From Candidatus Dojkabacteria bacterium (GTDB lineage: Bacteria; Patescibacteriota; Dojkabacteria; J137), in assembly GCA_039929105.1 (NCBI GenBank), contig JBDSRX010000051.1:1-45849 (forward strand): DNA of 45,849 nt, written 5' to 3'. Positions 1 to 8,690 of the stretch are shown here, in pieces; positions within the stretch are counted from its first letter, which is position 1; each line of letters opens with the position of its first letter. The notes below the pieces were generated by a model. That model saw nothing but the letters and a program-made list of their open reading frames with translations, was not told where the DNA came from and did no database searches. Position numbers and translations under genes: made by a program.

Positions 1-2616
1 ACTTTAAACGACTACACTCTAAAAAAGAGAGATATTGTAGAAGTAATGAAATGTTTAATTAGGTTAAACAATGGAAGTCTTGCACAAGATGATATCGACT
101 CTTTAACAAACAGAAGAATTAGAGGAGTAAATGAATTAGTTTCAGAAAAGATAAGAATCGGAATGTTAATAATGGAGAAAAACATTAGAGACAAGATGAG
201 TACTTACTCAACTGACGAAAAAGTTACACCTGCAATGTTAATTAATACAAGACCAATAATGTCTGCAGTAAACCAATTCTTTGGAAGCTCAGCATTAATG
301 AGATTTATGGATCAAACTAACATTCTTTCAGAATTGGAAGTTAAGAGAAAGATTTCAGCTGGAGGACCAAGAGGTTTAACAAAAGAAAGAGCAACATTCT
401 CAGTAAGAGACGTGCACAATTCTCATTATTCTAGACTTTGTCCAGTAACTACACCAGAAGGACCATCAATCGGTATGGTTAACCAATTGGCTATTTACTC
501 TAAGATAAACGACTACGGATTCTTAGAAGCACCATATTACCCAGTAATTAATACATTTGAATTAGGAAAAGATAAATTAAAAGATTTTGAAAACAGATTT
601 GTAGGAGCTGATGTAATGGATGGAGCAAAAAAATTAGCTTCAAAAGGAAGTGCAATTACAGCAGATATTATTTCTAAGATTGAAAAAACAGGAGCAAAAA
701 CTTTTGTTGTTCAACCATTCATTAAGAATGAAGTTATTTACTTAGATGCAGATTTAGAACAAACAAGAAAAATTGCAAGTTCATCTACAAAAACAGATGA
801 GTTTGGAAATATTACAGATGCTAAGACATATGTAAGAGATGGTCAAGGATATGCAAAACTATCTACAGATGAAGTTGATGCAATAGACGTTAGTCCATCT
901 CAAATTGCTGGATTAGGTTTAGCATTAATTCCATTCGCAGGAAACGATGACCCAAACAGAACATTAATCGGAGCTAAAACTCAAACACAAGCTGTACCAT
1001 TAATTAGATCTCAATCTCCAATCGTTGGAACAGGATTTGAAAAAGAAGCAGCTAGAGCATCTGGAAGAACTGTCTTTGCAGAAGATGATGGAATTGTTTT
1101 AGAAGCCGACTCAATGAAAGTTGTAATTGAATATAAAGGAAAAGAGAAAGCATACAAGCAAAGATACGATGTTGAGAAATTTGTTAGAACAAATCAAAAT
1201 ACATCATTTACTCAAAACACAGTTGCAATGCCAGGACAAGTTGTTAAGAAAGGAGATGTTCTTATTGATGGTCCATGTACAGATAACGGAGAGTTAGCAT
1301 TAGGAGTTAACCTAAGAGCAGCTTACCTTGTATACGATGGTTATAACTATGAGGACGGAATTTTAATTTCAGAAAGATTAGTTAAAGACGATGCATTAAC
1401 ATCAGTTCATATCCAAGAATATGTTCAAGAAATTAGAGAAACAAAATTAGGAAATGAATTAGTAACTAGAGATATACCTGGAGTTGGAGAACATACATTA
1501 AGAAATTTAGACGACAACGGAATTGTTAGATTAGGAGCAAGTGTTCAACCTAACGATATCTTAGTTGGAGTTATTGCACCAAAGGGTGAGTCTGAATTAA
1601 CAGCAGAAGAGAAACTTTTAAGAGCTATCTTCGGAGAATACGCAAGAGATGTTAGAGACAACTCTTTAAGAATGCCTAACGGAGAACATGGAGTTGTTAT
1701 TGGAGTTCAAGTATTAGATAGAGAAAAAGGAGCAAAATTAAATGCTGGAGCATTAAAGCAAGTAAAAGTATGGGTTGCTAAGACACACAAAATTTCAATC
1801 GGAGATAAATTGACTGGTTTCCACGGAGACAAAGGAGTTGTTACAAAGATTGTTAAAGAAGCAGACATGCCTTACACAGCAGATGGAAATCCTGTAGATA
1901 TTATCTTAGGTCCATCATCTATGGTTAGAAGAATGAACTTAGGACAGCTTATTGAAACTCATGTTGGATCTTTAGCACAAAGATTAGGAGTTAAAGTAGA
2001 AGTTCAACCGTTCTCAGAATACTCTATAGATAGTTTAATGGAACTTGCAAAAGAATCTGGAGTTGAATATGAAGAAAAAGTTGATTTATTCGATGGAAGA
2101 ACAGGATTAAAATACAATCAAAAAGTAACAGTTGGAATGAAATATTGTTTCAAACTAGATCACTTGGCTGACCACAAGGTTCATGCTAGATCTACTGGTC
2201 CATACACTCTTGTAACTCAACAACCTGTAAGAGGAAAAGCTCAAAAGGGAGGAAGAAGATTCGGAGAAATGGAAGTTTGGGCTCTTGAAGCACACGGTGT
2301 GCCAAGCGTTTTACACGAAATGTTAACAATTAAGTCAGATGATGTTGTCGGAAGAGCAGCAGCTTACAAAGCTATTATCTCTGGTCAAAAGATTACTGCA
2401 CCAAATGTACCTGAATCTTTCAATGTGTTAGATAAGGAACTTGCTGGATTAGCAATCAAATTAGAGAAAGTACAAGCTACATATGATGATACTCAAGACG
2501 ATATGGCATTAGAAGAAATCGTAGACTCAGTTGGAAATAATCCAGAAGCATCTGCAACTGTGATTTTAGATGAACAAATGAAAAATAATGCAGATAGCGG
2601 ATTTACTGTTGAATAA
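1..2616 (+). CDS. rpoB: RNA polymerase beta subunit (5' end outside window)
   Basis: Frame open from base 1; motifs DDIDxLxNRR, FMDQ, VRDVH, TPEGP, GYNYED, GDKL, HARSTGPY, RFGEMEVWALEA. Confidence 0.99.
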   Translation, partial: TLNDYTLKKRDIVEVMKCLIRLNNGSLAQDDIDSLTNRRIRGVNELVSEKIRIGMLIMEKNIRDKMSTYSTDEKVTPAMLINTRPIMSAVNQFFGSSALMRFMDQTNILSELEVKRKISAGGPRGLTKERATFSVRDVHNSHYSRLCPVTTPEGPSIGMVNQLAIYSKINDYGFLEAPYYPVINTFELGKDKLKDFENRFVGADVMDGAKKLASKGSAITADIISKIEKTGAKTFVVQPFIKNEVIYLDADLEQTRKIASSSTKTDEFGNITDAKTYVRDGQGYAKLSTDEVDAIDVSPSQIAGLGLALIPFAGNDDPNRTLIGAKTQTQAVPLIRSQSPIVGTGFEKEAARASGRTVFAEDDGIVLEADSMKVVIEYKGKEKAYKQRYDVEKFVRTNQNTSFTQNTVAMPGQVVKKGDVLIDGPCTDNGELALGVNLRAAYLVYDGYNYEDGILISERLVKDDALTSVHIQEYVQEIRETKLGNELVTRDIPGVGEHTLRNLDDNGIVRLGASVQPNDILVGVIAPKGESELTAEEKLLRAIFGEYARDVRDNSLRMPNGEHGVVIGVQVLDREKGAKLNAGALKQVKVWVAKTHKISIGDKLTGFHGDKGVVTKIVKEADMPYTADGNPVDIILGPSSMVRRMNLGQLIETHVGSLAQRLGVKVEVQPFSEYSIDSLMELAKESGVEYEEKVDLFDGRTGLKYNQKVTVGMKYCFKLDHLADHKVHARSTGPYTLVTQQPVRGKAQKGGRRFGEMEVWALEAHGVPSVLHEMLTIKSDDVVGRAAAYKAIISGQKITAPNVPESFNVLDKELAGLAIKLEKVQATYDDTQDDMALEEIVDSVGNNPEASATVILDEQMKNNADSGFTVE

Positions 2617-2656
2617 ATTTACTTTAATTAGAACCTATAAATCTTAAAAAATAAAT

Positions 2657-5600
2657 ATGATTAAAGATTTTAAAGCACTAAAGATCACTGTAGCATCCAC
2701 TCTGGATATTATGAACTGGTCTCATGGAGAAGTTACAAAAGCTGAGACTATTAACTACAGAACTTTCAAAGCAGAACCGCAAGGTTTAATGGCTGAGGAA
2801 ATCTTCGGTCCAACAAAAGACTTCGAATGTTACTGTGGAAAGTATAAGAAAATTAGATACAAGGGAATTGTTTGTGACAGATGTGGAGTTGAAATTACTC
2901 ATAAAAGAGTTAGAAGAGAAAGAATGGGACATATCAAATTAGCTGCACCTACAGCCCATGTTTGGTTCTCTAATGGTATTCCTAACAGATTATCTTTAAT
3001 TCTAGATATTCCTCAAAAGAAACTAGAGACTGTTATTTACTACGCCAGATACGTTGTTACAAACGTAGACGAAGTAGAAAGAGCTAAAGCTTTAGAAAAT
3101 ATTGAGACTTTAAAGAAAGATGAATTAGCAGTATTAGAAACTGAGTTAAACGAAAAAATTGATGAGATTAAGGCTAGATTCGAAGAAGATAAGGAAGAAG
3201 CTAGAAAATCTAACAAAGATAAGAAAAAAGCAGAAATGCAATTAGAGAGAATTCTAAACTCAGAGAATATAGAAATTGCAAGAATAAAATCTGCATTCAA
3301 ACAAAAACAAGAAAATACAGATCAAAAGTTCCACGACTTAAAAAATCTTGTAGAAGACATTAGAACTGGTTCAACTCTTTCAGAAGATGAGCACCAATTG
3401 TTAGAAAGCTATAATTTCTACTTCATAGAAGCAGGAATGGGAGCTGAAGCAATTAAGAAGTTGTTAGATCAAATTAACATTAATGAAGAGTTAGTTAAGC
3501 TTGAAGAAGAATTCAAGACATCTAAGTCTGAAATGAAGAAAGCAAAAATTGTTCAAAGATTAAGAGTTCTTAAAGGAATTAATAAATCTGGAGTTAACCC
3601 AACATCTATTGTTTTAGAAGTTCTACCAGTTATTCCACCAGATTTAAGACCTATTGTTCAATTACCAGGAGGTAGATTTGCTACTTACGATTTGAACGAC
3701 TTATATAGAAGAGTAATTAACAGAAATAATAGACTTAAGAGACTTATTAACTTAGGAGCACCTGAGATTATTCTAAGAAACGAGAAGAGAATGCTTCAAG
3801 AAGCTGTTGACTCATTATTAGATAATAATCACAAACCAGGAGCACCTTCTCTAAACTCAAGAGGTTTACCATTCAAATCTCTATCAGATATGCTTAGAGG
3901 AAAGCAAGGTAGATTTAGACAAAACCTTTTAGGAAAGAGAGTAGACTATTCAGGAAACGCTGTTATTGTTCCAGGACCAGAATTGGCTTTCGATCAATGC
4001 GGACTTCCAAAAACAGTTGCATTAGAATTATTTAGACCATTCATTATTAGAGAATTAATTGCAAGAGGACTAGCACCTAACCCTTCTAGAGCAAAAGTAA
4101 TTTTTGAACAAAAAGATGATGTTGTGTTCGATATCTTAGAAGAAGTTTCTAAGGATAGACCAGTTTTATTAAATAGAGCTCCAACATTACATAGACAATC
4201 TATTTTAGCTTTCTACCCTGTACTTATTGAAGGTAATGCAATTAGATTGCACCCTATGACATGTACTGGATTCAACGCTGACTTCGATGGAGACCAAATG
4301 GCTGTCCATTTACCTCTATCAGATAAAGCAGTTGCTGAAGTTAAAGAGAGAATGTTCGCAAAAGAAAACATGCTTAACTTAAGAGATGGATCTCCAATTG
4401 TTAATGTTCAAAAGGACATGGCATTCGGAATTTACTTCTTAACTTTAATTAGAGGAGATGAAACAAAACCAGTTGGATTCTACTCAAGTACAGACGAATT
4501 AATCTCAGCTTATAACTTAAACAAGATTAATTTCTACGATGCTACTAAAGTTTTAGTTAATGGTGAATTAATCACTACATCTGCAGGAAGAGCAATATTC
4601 AATAGAGCTATTCCACAAGATTATGGATTTATTAACACAGCATTAAACAAGAACGATATTGCAGCATTATCATCTGAACTATTTACAAAATACGGAAGTG
4701 ATATTGCAATAGAAGCTTTAGACGAAATTAAGAACTTAGGTTTCAAATACGGAGGTCTTTACGGATTCTCAGTATCTATGGATGAGTTCCAATTCGGAGG
4801 AGAAACAATTGTTAACGAAAATATTAAAGAATTTGAAAAAGTTGAAGAGGAATTAATTAACAACTATAATGACGGATTTATTACAGAGAACGAACTAAAG
4901 TGGAAGAAAAGAGAGACATGGGTAAATACATCAGAAAAGATTCAAGAAGATGTTTGGGGATTAGCAAAAAAGAATTCTCAAAACTTAATGGATTTACAAA
5001 ACTCAGGAGCAGTTTCAGTAAGTTCATGGGTTAAGAAAATTTCTGGAGTTGTTGGATATGTAACAGATCCTTCTGGAAATGTTGTAGACCTTCCAATTAA
5101 AAACAACTTTGAGAAAGGATTAACAAACTTTGAATACTTTGTTTCAGCAAGAGGAGCTAGAAAGGGATTCGCAGACGTTGCCCTTAGAACAGCAGACTCT
5201 GGATACCTAACTAGAAGACTTCACGACGTTGCTCAAGATGTTATTACATCTGTTGAGGATTGTGGAACTACAGAAGGTATTACAGTTTCTAGAAGCGAAG
5301 CTAGATTACAAACATTTGAAGCTAGAATGAAGGGTAGAGTATTAAGCGAAAATGCAGTTAATTCAAAAACTGGAGAAGTTCTTGCAAAGAAAGGTGAGGT
5401 TGTTGATATTGAATTAGCTAAAAAATTAGGGGCAAACGAAGACGTTGTATCAGTTGAATTAAGAAGTCCAATGAAATGTCTTGTAGCTCATGGAGTTTGC
5501 GTAGCATGTTATGGATTTGATAATGGAACAGGAAAGATGGTACAAATAGGACAAGCGATTGGAACAATTGCTTCTCAAGCACTTGGAGAACCAACTACTC

Positions 5601-6565
5601 AGTTAACACTTAAATCTAAGTCTGACGCTAGAGCTGCAAAAGCTGACGTTACACAAGGTTTACCTAGAGTTGAAGAGTTATTAGAAGCAAGAAATCCTAA
5701 AGCTCAAGCTTTATTAGCAGAAATTGACGGAACAGTTCAAGTAATTGATGATAAAAAAACAATTATTGTAAGAGTTGTTTCAGAAAAGAAAGTTTCTAAG
5801 AAATATGAAGTTCCTGCAGAATATGAAGTTGTAATTAAGAACGGAACAACTGTAAAAGAAGGAGAAGCAATGGCTAAGAAAGGTAAGAAAGAACTAAAGG
5901 CAGAAATGGGTGGAAAGGTATCTATTGAAGGTAATGTTATTACTTTAGAGACTGGAAAACATGTTGAATCTGAACAAGAGACTGAATTATTACTAAATGT
6001 AATGGTTAAAGAAGGCCAAAAAGTTACAAGAGGAGATCAATTAACATTCGGTTCTATAGATCCTAAACAATTAGCAGACTTAAAATCAGTTTATACTGCA
6101 CAAAAATACATTATTCAAGGTATTCAAGATGTTTACGGAGTACAAGGATTAGAAGTTGATGATAGACATCTAGAAATCATTGCAAGACAAATGTGTAGAT
6201 ATGGATTAATAAAAGATTCTGGAGATTCTGAAAACTTAATGCCAGGAGATTATACTGATAAACTTGACGTATTGGCAGAGAACAAAGTATTATCTGCAGA
6301 CGGAAAGAAGGAAGTAACATATGGAAACGTATTACTAGGTATAACAAACTCAGCTTTAAGAACTGAATCATTCTTATCTGCAGCTTCATTCGAGCAACAA
6401 GTTAGAGTATTAACTGACGCTGCTTTGATTGGGAAGGTGGATAACTTGAGAGGATTGAAAGAGAATGTTATAATAGGAAGACCAGTACCATTGGGATCTG
6501 AGCTTATCGAGAGATTAGCATTAAGTAAAAAAATAGCTGACGCAGAAATGTTGAAAGCTGCATAA
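2657..6565 (+). CDS. rpoC: RNA polymerase beta' subunit
   Basis: Zn ribbon CYCGKYK..CDRCGVE, NADFDGD, GYLTRRL bridge helix, GLPRVEEL, GLKENVIIG; follows rpoB. Confidence 0.99.
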   Translation: MIKDFKALKITVASTLDIMNWSHGEVTKAETINYRTFKAEPQGLMAEEIFGPTKDFECYCGKYKKIRYKGIVCDRCGVEITHKRVRRERMGHIKLAAPTAHVWFSNGIPNRLSLILDIPQKKLETVIYYARYVVTNVDEVERAKALENIETLKKDELAVLETELNEKIDEIKARFEEDKEEARKSNKDKKKAEMQLERILNSENIEIARIKSAFKQKQENTDQKFHDLKNLVEDIRTGSTLSEDEHQLLESYNFYFIEAGMGAEAIKKLLDQININEELVKLEEEFKTSKSEMKKAKIVQRLRVLKGINKSGVNPTSIVLEVLPVIPPDLRPIVQLPGGRFATYDLNDLYRRVINRNNRLKRLINLGAPEIILRNEKRMLQEAVDSLLDNNHKPGAPSLNSRGLPFKSLSDMLRGKQGRFRQNLLGKRVDYSGNAVIVPGPELAFDQCGLPKTVALELFRPFIIRELIARGLAPNPSRAKVIFEQKDDVVFDILEEVSKDRPVLLNRAPTLHRQSILAFYPVLIEGNAIRLHPMTCTGFNADFDGDQMAVHLPLSDKAVAEVKERMFAKENMLNLRDGSPIVNVQKDMAFGIYFLTLIRGDETKPVGFYSSTDELISAYNLNKINFYDATKVLVNGELITTSAGRAIFNRAIPQDYGFINTALNKNDIAALSSELFTKYGSDIAIEALDEIKNLGFKYGGLYGFSVSMDEFQFGGETIVNENIKEFEKVEEELINNYNDGFITENELKWKKRETWVNTSEKIQEDVWGLAKKNSQNLMDLQNSGAVSVSSWVKKISGVVGYVTDPSGNVVDLPIKNNFEKGLTNFEYFVSARGARKGFADVALRTADSGYLTRRLHDVAQDVITSVEDCGTTEGITVSRSEARLQTFEARMKGRVLSENAVNSKTGEVLAKKGEVVDIELAKKLGANEDVVSVELRSPMKCLVAHGVCVACYGFDNGTGKMVQIGQAIGTIASQALGEPTTQLTLKSKSDARAAKADVTQGLPRVEELLEARNPKAQALLAEIDGTVQVIDDKKTIIVRVVSEKKVSKKYEVPAEYEVVIKNGTTVKEGEAMAKKGKKELKAEMGGKVSIEGNVITLETGKHVESEQETELLLNVMVKEGQKVTRGDQLTFGSIDPKQLADLKSVYTAQKYIIQGIQDVYGVQGLEVDDRHLEIIARQMCRYGLIKDSGDSENLMPGDYTDKLDVLAENKVLSADGKKEVTYGNVLLGITNSALRTESFLSAASFEQQVRVLTDAALIGKVDNLRGLKENVIIGRPVPLGSELIERLALSKKIADAEMLKAA

Positions 6566-6593
6566 TAAATAATTAATAATTTTATATCAAAAT

Positions 6594-7049
6594 ATGGCAA
6601 GAGTATCACAGCTTGTAAACAAAGGAAGAAAGCCAAAAATCAAAATGGTTAGATTCAAAGGACTATTGTTCAAGGACAATGCAAAATATAAGTCTATGCA
6701 CTTTAACTATAACGCAGTGCAAAACACATTCTTTAAGAAAGATAATCCTTTCAAAAGAGGAGTTTGTATCGCAGTTAAAATCATGACACCTAAGAAACCT
6801 AACTCAGCACAAAGAAAGATTGCTAGAGTAAGATTATCTAACAAACAGGTTGTAACAGCATATATTCCTGGAGAAGGTCATAATTTACAAGAGCACTCTG
6901 TTGTATTAGTGAAAGCAAGAAGAAGACCAGACTTGCCAGGTGTTAAATACCAAGTTGTTAGAGGTGTTTATGATGCATCAGCTGTTGATTCTAGAAGACA
7001 AGCAAGAAGTAAGTACGGAAGAAAGAAGCCAAAAGCAGTAACAAAGTAA
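6594..7049 (+). CDS. rpsL: 30S ribosomal protein S12 (divergent, with N-terminal insertion)
   Basis: [37 protein letters not shown]; position after rpoC. Confidence 0.98.
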   Translation: MARVSQLVNKGRKPKIKMVRFKGLLFKDNAKYKSMHFNYNAVQNTFFKKDNPFKRGVCIAVKIMTPKKPNSAQRKIARVRLSNKQVVTAYIPGEGHNLQEHSVVLVKARRRPDLPGVKYQVVRGVYDASAVDSRRQARSKYGRKKPKAVTK

Positions 7050-7052
7050 TAA

Positions 7053-7114
7053 TAAATCTTAGCGAGCAATGCGAGCTTTAGATTTTATATTATCCCGAGT
7101 GAAACGAGGGATCT
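7053..7114. repeat. Two short REP-like hairpins (AAATCT-TAGCGAGCAATGCGAGCT-TTAGATTT; ATCCCGAGTGAAACGAGGGAT)
   Basis: Inverted repeats with CGAG/CGAG cores similar to the elements at 17646 and 40472. Confidence 0.6.
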
Positions 7115-7122
7115 AAATATTA

Positions 7123-7216
7123 AAATTACGAGTGACGAATTACGAATAGAATGATCAACGCTGGATCATGAAGTAATAAGAAACTTTTAACTAATAACTA
7201 AAAACTTAAAACTAAA
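7123..7216 (+). repeat. Two degenerate heptamer arrays (AAATTAC GAGTGAC GAATTAC GAATAGA; AACTTTT AACTAAT AACTAAA AACTTAA AACTAAA)
   Basis: 7-nt periodicity read directly in the rpsL-rpsG spacer. Confidence 0.7.
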
Positions 7217-7219
7217 ATA

Positions 7220-7687
7220 ATGAGAGGAAAAAAAGCGATAAAAAGAGACATAACACCAGACCTAAGATACAACAGTTTATTAGTTGCAAAACTAATTAAC
7301 TCTGTAATGTTAGATGGTAAAAAAGAAACATCTAGACTTCAAGTCTATAAAGCACTTGATGATTTAGCTACAAGAACAAAAGTTCCAGCAATCGATGCTT
7401 TAGAAAAAGCTTACGATAATGTTAAACCAAAAATCGAAGTTAGATCTAGAAGAGTTGGAGGAGCAAACTTTCAAGTTCCTGTTCAAGTAAGTCCAGAAAG
7501 ACAGCAAGCACTTGCTACTAGATGGATTTTAGAAGCTGCAAGAAGTGGAAGAAAAGATACAGAATTCTGGGTAAGTTTATCTAGAGAGTTTCAAAATGCT
7601 TTCAAAAAGGAAGGTTCTGCATTCAAAAAGAAAGAAGAAGTATTTAGAATGGCAGAAGCTAATAAAGCGTTCGCTCAATTTGCATAA
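7220..7687 (+). CDS. rpsG: 30S ribosomal protein S7
   Basis: DGKK, EVRSRRVGGANFQVP, MAEANKAFA. Confidence 0.99.
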   Translation: MRGKKAIKRDITPDLRYNSLLVAKLINSVMLDGKKETSRLQVYKALDDLATRTKVPAIDALEKAYDNVKPKIEVRSRRVGGANFQVPVQVSPERQQALATRWILEAARSGRKDTEFWVSLSREFQNAFKKEGSAFKKKEEVFRMAEANKAFAQFA

Positions 7688-7704
7688 AAATCAACACTGT
7701 AAAG

Positions 7705-7732
7705 AAAAATGCCAGTCTATGCTGGCATTTTT
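7705..7732 (+). terminator. Intrinsic terminator after rpsG
   Basis: AAAAATGCCAG-TCTATG-CTGGCATTTTT stem-loop with T tract. Confidence 0.9.
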
Positions 7733-7749
7733 TATGGCTGGGAATACCC

Positions 7750-7812
7750 TTGTATTATAGTTATCCGTTTGATATAATTAATCACGTCAAATTTTGTCGG
7801 ATACGTAGCACA
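7750..7812 (+). promoter_or_regulatory. Sigma70 promoter (TTGTAT-N17-TATAAT, extended -10) with downstream palindrome TGTC-N10-CACA
   Basis: -35 at 7750, TG at 7770, -10 at 7773, palindrome 7795-7812. Confidence 0.7.
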
Positions 7813-7844
7813 GAACTATTTAATTAATTTTTATCTCAGTAAAC

Positions 7845-8627
7845 ATGGCAGTTTCATCAGAAAAAGCAGTAAGAAGTTATCTTACAGAATTCGGTCTAAA
7901 CGACAAGGAAGTTGTAATCTATTTAACCCTATTAAAAACGGGCCCAAGTACGATTATGGACCTTTCAAGAAAGACTGGGATCAAGAGATCAACTACACAT
8001 AATAACGTTGAGGAATTGATTAAAAAGGGGCTTGTAAGTCAAACAAATTATGGTGAGAGAAGAATGGCTGTTGCAGAAGATCCAGAAAAATTAAAGTTCT
8101 TATTAGAACAAAGAAAATGGGATGTTAATAAATTAGAAAAGATAATGCCAGATATCGTAAAAAGTATTTACGAGATTGTACCTGGAAGTAAAGAAACTAC
8201 TAAGGTAGAAGTTAAGTATTACGAAGGAGAAAGAGGATTTAAAGAAGTTTGTCAAAGATCTATCTCTAAATCTACAAAAGAAGTTCTTTATCTATCTAAC
8301 CTAGAAGAATGGAGAAAAGTTTATACTACAGAATATGGAAAAGAGTATTACATTCCACAAAGACTTAAGAAAAACTTATTCTTAAAGATGTTAGCTGTAG
8401 ATAACTCACAAGGAACAGAATACAGAAATGAAGACAAGGCAACTTTAAGAGAGACAAGATTCTTACCAAAGAGTTTTACTTTCAAACCAACTGTAATTAT
8501 TTCAGATGAAGAAGTATCTTTAATGGTAGCAGCAGAACCTTACAAGGCTGTTGTTATTGAAGATGCAGATGTAGCTCAAGTATTTAGAGAGCTCTTTACA
8601 AATCTTTGGGAATCTAATAAGAAATAA
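7845..8627 (+). CDS. TrmB-family wHTH transcriptional regulator (paralog 1)
   Basis: FGLNDKEVVIYLTLL..G..TIMDLSRKTGIKRSTTHNNVEELIKKGLV; AEDPEKL coiled coil; VKYYEG effector domain start. Confidence 0.9.
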   Translation: MAVSSEKAVRSYLTEFGLNDKEVVIYLTLLKTGPSTIMDLSRKTGIKRSTTHNNVEELIKKGLVSQTNYGERRMAVAEDPEKLKFLLEQRKWDVNKLEKIMPDIVKSIYEIVPGSKETTKVEVKYYEGERGFKEVCQRSISKSTKEVLYLSNLEEWRKVYTTEYGKEYYIPQRLKKNLFLKMLAVDNSQGTEYRNEDKATLRETRFLPKSFTFKPTVIISDEEVSLMVAAEPYKAVVIEDADVAQVFRELFTNLWESNKK

Positions 8628-8643
8628 GGATTTATAAAAAATT

Positions 8644-8671
8644 AAAAAAAAGACCTCATTGAGGTCTTTTT
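8644..8671. terminator. Bidirectional intrinsic terminator
   Basis: A-tract GACCTC-ATT-GAGGTC T-tract between convergent genes. Confidence 0.88.
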
Positions 8672-8690
8672 AAAATTGTACTACTATCAT

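Noticed and set aside
5585-5668. Compensating frameshifts or intein/intron as the cause of the odd trigger loop
   Set aside because: Other frames do not encode MRTFH (one has a stop), loop length is normal and codons match the gene's bias.
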